From the human T2T-CHM13v2.0 reference genome, Homo sapiens: a stretch of DNA of 64,000 nt. The notes under the pieces were generated by a model that had not been told where the DNA came from, searched no databases, and worked only from the letters and a program-made list of their open reading frames with translations. The position numbers and the translations under genes are program-made. Shown piece by piece: positions 58,847 to 64,000 of this stretch (position 1 is its first letter; each line of letters starts with the position of its first letter). The stretch lies in assembly GCF_009914755.1 (NCBI RefSeq), contig NC_060928.1; one strand, written 5' to 3'.

Positions 58847-60480
58847 ATCTGAAGGAAAAACATTTGTTTATGTATTTATGAATTGCCACATTTCATAGGG
58901 CATCAAAGTTACATTTTTAAATCACATTTCTCTTCAAAACTTGAAACAGAAGTACCAACTGAGTTTAACCACATGATCTACTGCTTGAATTTCTCTTTTC
59001 TTTTCTATTAAGTTCTGTAATAATATCCAGTTCAAAGAATGTGAGAAAATTAATTGAGGCTGCATTTAAATAATCTATTATGGTGCCTCATTTGTTAATT
59101 TCCTTTCCTCATTTTCTCAAAAGCAAATTTGAAGAGATTTTAATTTAACACAGATGTGAGTTATTCTGATTTCATTTAAAATGCTAATTAGATAACTTTT
59201 TGTATATGCAATTAACATTATATTAATATTTTATTTTTATGGTACTGGAGTCATTTTACTTCCAGGTTTCAATTCATTAAGGTAAATGTTAAATTTTTAA
59301 AGTATGTGTAATATTTCTAATTATATTATTTGCTTATATGTCCATTTGTCTTTAATCAAATATTTCCTATTACTACTCTTTATGAATAACTCTGTATGTT
59401 GCACCAACTTAAAGAGTATGTTAACAGAGCATTTCAGGGGCTGCTTTCTCCAAATCAACTTTATTTTTCTGTTATTGATCTCTGTGTATCTATTTTTCCA
59501 ATTTAATTGACTCATTTGTGAAACTAAGTTTTTTTGTTTTTCATGTCCAAAATCATGGAATGATCAGTTTTTTCAAATGAGCAGCTTTTTATTGGTGCTA
59601 TTCTCAGGCACTTTCTTCAAAATATCATCTTTTGCTTTTTCTATTTAAGTTTGAAGGGTTTATTTCATTTTCCACTGGAAGTGAAAATGCAAAATAATAT
59701 TAATGACTGAGATATGATTAGGGGATATATGTTAAGGTTTTCCTATCGGCTTTATAATAGAAGGCTATATAAATTTCATAATGTATATAAAGAATAAACA
59801 GTCAATTTAAATGGTAAGATTTGTCCTGGATGAATACTGTATTCATGTCAAGAAAGTAAAGTAAAAGCATATATTTTACAAGAATGTAAATAAAGTTTAA
59901 GATATTTCATTTTTTAAATTTAACATAATTTAATTTACAAAAAATGATTACCCTTAAATCAAAATATCTGAGATAAACATAACTTTTTCATATGTGAGAT
60001 AAAATGTTAAAATGAAAAATGTGAGCATTGTGTTAAAACTACTATTTTTAGAAGGCATATTAATAATTTGAGGGGTAAATTATACACTCTGGTTTCGGAA
60101 GATTTAAGTCATTGATTTCAGTCACACCACTAACAGCTGGAATCAATAATGATGGAACTGCAGCTGCACAGATGTGCTGTAAATGGAATTTTGGCAGCAA
60201 CTTCCAAAGGTCCTCAGGAAATGAGCCTGGAAAGAACCATTCATCTGGAGAATGATGGAGGCTTTGCTTTTAAAGAGTAACCAGTGAACCACATAAACTG
60301 GATATGACACTAAAGATCAAGTATGGACTGACTCTTCCTGTGGAAAAAACTGAGTTATTGTCCCATCCATACATTGTTTCAAGGACCCTTTGGTGGAAGG
60401 AAGAAAGAAAGAAGTGATCTCCTATCTAAACTATGACCCATTATTTGCATAATCATACACTGGAAATCAATATGCTGTAG

Positions 60481-60660
60481 AGTGCATTTCTCAACCATCA
60501 AAGTTAGTATAAGTTACCTCAGATCTTGTAGAAATATAGATTCTAATTTAGGTTGCTCCCGGGGTGGGGTTTAAGAGTCTTCATTTCTAGCCAGCTCCCA
60601 GGTGACACTGATACTGCTATTCCACAGATCACTTGGCCCACAGATTGTTTGAGTAGCAAA
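60481..60660. mobile_element. MER5-like hAT-Charlie DNA transposon fossil
   Basis: TTTCTCAA..GGGGTGGGG..CATTTCTA..AGCTCCCAGGTGA..CTGAT.CTGCT..TTTGAGTAGCA. Confidence 0.7.
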
Positions 60661-61770
60661 CAAGAGTTTAAGGAATCAATGAATAGCAGTATAAAAGAGA
60701 AATGAAAAAATATTAATAACAGAGGCTAGAAGGTAGAACGAATCTATAAATACTGTTCCTTTTGAAATCCTTAAATAGATTTCCTTTCCCTCTCTTGGCC
60801 TCACTTTTCTTGTACATTTCTTACCTAGGAATAGCTATTGTTGTACCAATTTAGATAACTACTAATCTCTTACTTACAAGGTACATGGTAAATCATTAGT
60901 TAAAAAAGGAAACTCATGTACATTCTATTGACATCAAATTTAATCATTATTTACCTTCTGTAATCAACATTTTTATATTAGATTATCCATCTGTAGAAAA
61001 TTATTAAAATCTGACACCTAGTAGCAATATTTCAAAATCCATTTCATTATTAACCATCCATCTGAGGTTAAGGAATTGAGTTATTTTCTGGTCTTCTGTT
61101 TCCCCAGATACATATGTTGGAGGATGTTGTTTTGGTTATATGAGATAATGCAGGTAAAGTGTGTACTGCAAATTCAACACTCATTACATGTCTGTTTTTG
61201 TCCAAAGTATGTTCAAAATAATTTTTTTAAATTGCATATTTTGATAATTGATAATTCTCAAAGTATTGTGGCCAAGTTTGTATGAATACATTTTACTCAG
61301 CTGTATCTTAGAATACATGCAATTTGGGGGCAAACATGTTTTTGATTACTACTTTAATTACATGATTTTTGAGAGATAACTGATGTCTAAGAATTAGTCT
61401 TCCGCAAACTTTAAAAAATGTTCTTACAGCCAATATACCTCTAAAAACATAAAATAGTTTTAGGGCAGTAATAAACTGTAATCTCTAAAAGATTCTCTCT
61501 GTCACACACACACGTATATATATGAAGAAGATAATGTTTGCAACATACCAATGACTAACATATATCAGTATATTTTAGGTGATTACTCAGTCTCTCTATG
61601 TGGAAGAACAATCAACTTGGGACCTATTGGTGTTGTTTTCAAAGCTGTTATTTATCAGCTATGTGAACTACTTGCATGTGGAGAGTTACTTCTTGTTATC
61701 AGTGGGCTCAGATAAGCAAATCTGGACCTCGTTATTTCTACATTTCCTGGAAGTCAAAGAGAGGAATGAG

Positions 61771-62278
61771 CTCTTTTGTTCAGGCCCATGGCACTGGCAG
61801 GATGAGTAAGGGCCCTGGACTTCATACTGTCAGGAAGCTCTGTAGTCACTGATGAGACAAGAAATGTCATAAACAGTACAGGGAAGTTTATTTGGGCACA
61901 GCCCTGAAGGCCAACAGTTTTAAAGGTGCTTCAAATGCAAAGGGGATTATGCTGGAAAAAGTAGAAGTTGAAGCCAAACAACCAAACTCTGCCTTCCGGA
62001 AGTGTTTCAGGGTCCAGCTGATCAAGAACAGCAAGAAAATCACATCTGTTGTAACCCAATGATGGTTGCTTGAACATTATTGAGGAAAACAATTAGGTTC
62101 TGGTTAGGGAATTTGATTGAAAAGATCATGCTATTATTGATATTCCTGGAATCCACTTTAAGGTTGTCAAAGTAGCCAATGTCTCTGTTTTGGTCCTAAA
62201 CAAAGGCAACAAAGAAAGACTACGATAATGAATTTGATGGTGAAACATAGTAGTAATTAATTTTCATATACCAAAAAA
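61771..62278 (+). pseudogene. RPS23 (pseudogene): Processed pseudogene of 40S ribosomal protein S23 (uS12)
   Basis: ATG at 61802: [96 protein letters not shown]...[16 protein letters not shown], collinear with RPS23; intronless; 5'TOP-like CTCTTTT, A tail, degenerate TSD AAAGAGAGGAATGA / AAAGAAAGAATGA. Confidence 0.96.
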
Positions 62279-62669
62279 GAAAGAATGAAGCCTCTGTAGA
62301 TCTGCATTGCATGTTGAATATTTTTCTCTTTCCTCTTCAACAAAATGTTATAAATTTTAAAAATTCACCCAAACATAATAAAATAATTTCTTGAATTTTT
62401 TTGAGAAACAAGTAAATTATTACTTTATTGACTCATGATAGTCCTGAATATTGACTGTTTATGATGTGTGCATTCATAGATTTCAAATATGTTTATGTTC
62501 TGATTTTCAACTAAACTTGCCTAGTATAATTTTGGTTATATGAACATATTTTAGACCTTTTGTTATAATGTGTATAGTGGATTTTGAATAAAAGAAAATC
62601 TGAATTTATGAACTTATTAGTAATTTTATTCTTGTCCATTTAAAATATTAAATACAATGAATATTTTAT

Positions 62670-62768
62670 CTTCCACCCTCTGAAGCAACAGCCCAAGCTG
62701 TACTGTGGCCCTTTTTAGCCATAGCTGGAGCAGCTGGGAAGCAGGGCACCAAGTCTCTAGACTGCACA
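62670..62768 (-). mobile_element. Isolated THE1/MST-internal fragment
   Basis: CACCCTCTGAAGC..AGCTGTAC.GTGGCCCTTTTTAGCCA..GCTGGAGCAGCTGGG..GCAGGGCACCAAGTC..GACTGCACA. Confidence 0.75.
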
Positions 62769-63693
62769 AATTTTTGATGACTAATTAAGCAGAGAATCAT
62801 AATTTGGTAAAGCAAATTCGAGGAAAGCAATTCTTCCCAGAGAAATTCATTTTAAGCCAATTCTTAAAGGTTGATCTTCATATAATTCAAAAAAATCAAG
62901 TTGCAGAATTTCAGGTATAAGAATCCTGATGCAAGAAGTAGATAAAATAGGTAACATTTGTAAAGTTGGGACAACACATGATGTAAAAGTTCTCTACTTC
63001 TGATGTCTTCAGAAACTGGAGGAAGATGAACCCAGAAAGACTCTTGGTTTTACTGGTTAAGATTTATTACCAGTGTCTGAGTAACAAGGAAGCAGAAACT
63101 AAGTAAGGATCCCTGTATATTTTCTGAAGTTCCCTTTATACAATTATGTATAGAAAACTGTATGAAATTTTGATAGTATAGGTTCATTAATTCTCAACAC
63201 TACTACTAAGGACTTTGAGAAGTCTTAACTGAGACCTCTCTTTTTGTTTGTTTGTTAAATATGGAAAACCAGGTAGAAACCTTGTGTTACAGATTCCTTG
63301 GCTCTGTTTGCCACTCCAGGGTCTGCTGAGATATTTGCCTTCTTATAAGCTCACTTTTTTTTTCAGATCCATCTGATATTAGAATATACCCATCTTTAAA
63401 GTTTATTTAATGTGCAGAGTAATTATCATTTGTACACATTGAGAGTTTGCTTCTCTCCAGAAGTCATAAAAATATTTTTTTTCCTGAGTTGTGTCCTATT
63501 ACATCTCTTTTGTATTTTACATCCTGTAGCTCTCTGTCCTATGGAGTATTATACATATTTCTATAAGGAAGGGCTATTTTACCTTTACTTGACAGAAGGT
63601 GAAATGTCCCACAAAATGAATTTCTCTTATCCTACTGAGCAGAAGAGGGAGATTTTTGACTCTTCCATAAAACTATGAAACATTTTTGGGAGC

Positions 63694-64000
63694 TGTATTA
63701 GTCCGTTTCCATGCTGCTGATAAAGACATACCCAGGACTGAGCAATGTACAAAAGAAAGAGGTTTTTTAAACTTACAGTTCCACATGGCTGGCGAAGTCT
63801 CACAATCACAGCAGATGGTGAAAGGCACATCTCACATGGCAGCAGACAAGAGGAGAGAGCTTGTGCAAAGAAACTCCCCTTTTTAAAACCATCAGATCTC
63901 ATGAGACTTACTCCCTATCACAAGGACATCATGGGAAAGACCTGCCCCCATGATTCAATTACCTCCCACTGAGTCCCTCCCATAACACATGGGAATTCAA
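63694..64000 (-). mobile_element. THE1 (B/C-like) MaLR LTR, runs off the window
   Basis: TGTATTAGTCCGTTTCCATGCTGCTGATAAAGACATACCC...CAGTTCCACATGGCTGG...CCCCATGATTCAATTACCTCCCAC. Confidence 0.93.

Noticed and set aside
59255-61160. Further plus-strand mini-exon signals (59266-59281, 61108-61153)
   Set aside because: Moderate splice sites, no coherent frame or other support; common in AT-rich DNA
61579-61809. 76-aa ORF running into the RPS23 pseudogene as a chimeric gene
   Set aside because: GTG start, out of frame with RPS23, stops right after the retrocopy ATG

Overview
This is AT-rich, repeat-dense human genomic DNA; an AluYb8 at 26813-27131 marks it as Homo lineage. It reads as a gene desert or deep intron, with no recognisable intact protein-coding gene. 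Nearly all long ORFs in the track are L1 ORF1/ORF2 remnants or Alu/LTR read-through. The window holds about 10 L1 copies of different ages (two with twin-priming 5' inversions), 9 Alu/FLAM elements, MaLR/ERVL LTRs, L2/MIR/MER5 fossils and a full-length processed pseudogene of RPS23 (61771-62278) that the ORF track misses. The most unusual observations are four independent L1 breakpoints within about 55 nt of the same ORF2 position, a 34-bp copy of a locally mutated L1 segment about 4 kb from its donor, an orphan THE1-internal fragment, and a CpG-retaining unique block (about 20.4-21.3 kb) with paired splice signals and a possible 40-aa spliced smORF. I found no well-supported new biological system. 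Subfamily calls were made by eye from remembered consensus sequences and need RepeatMasker confirmation.
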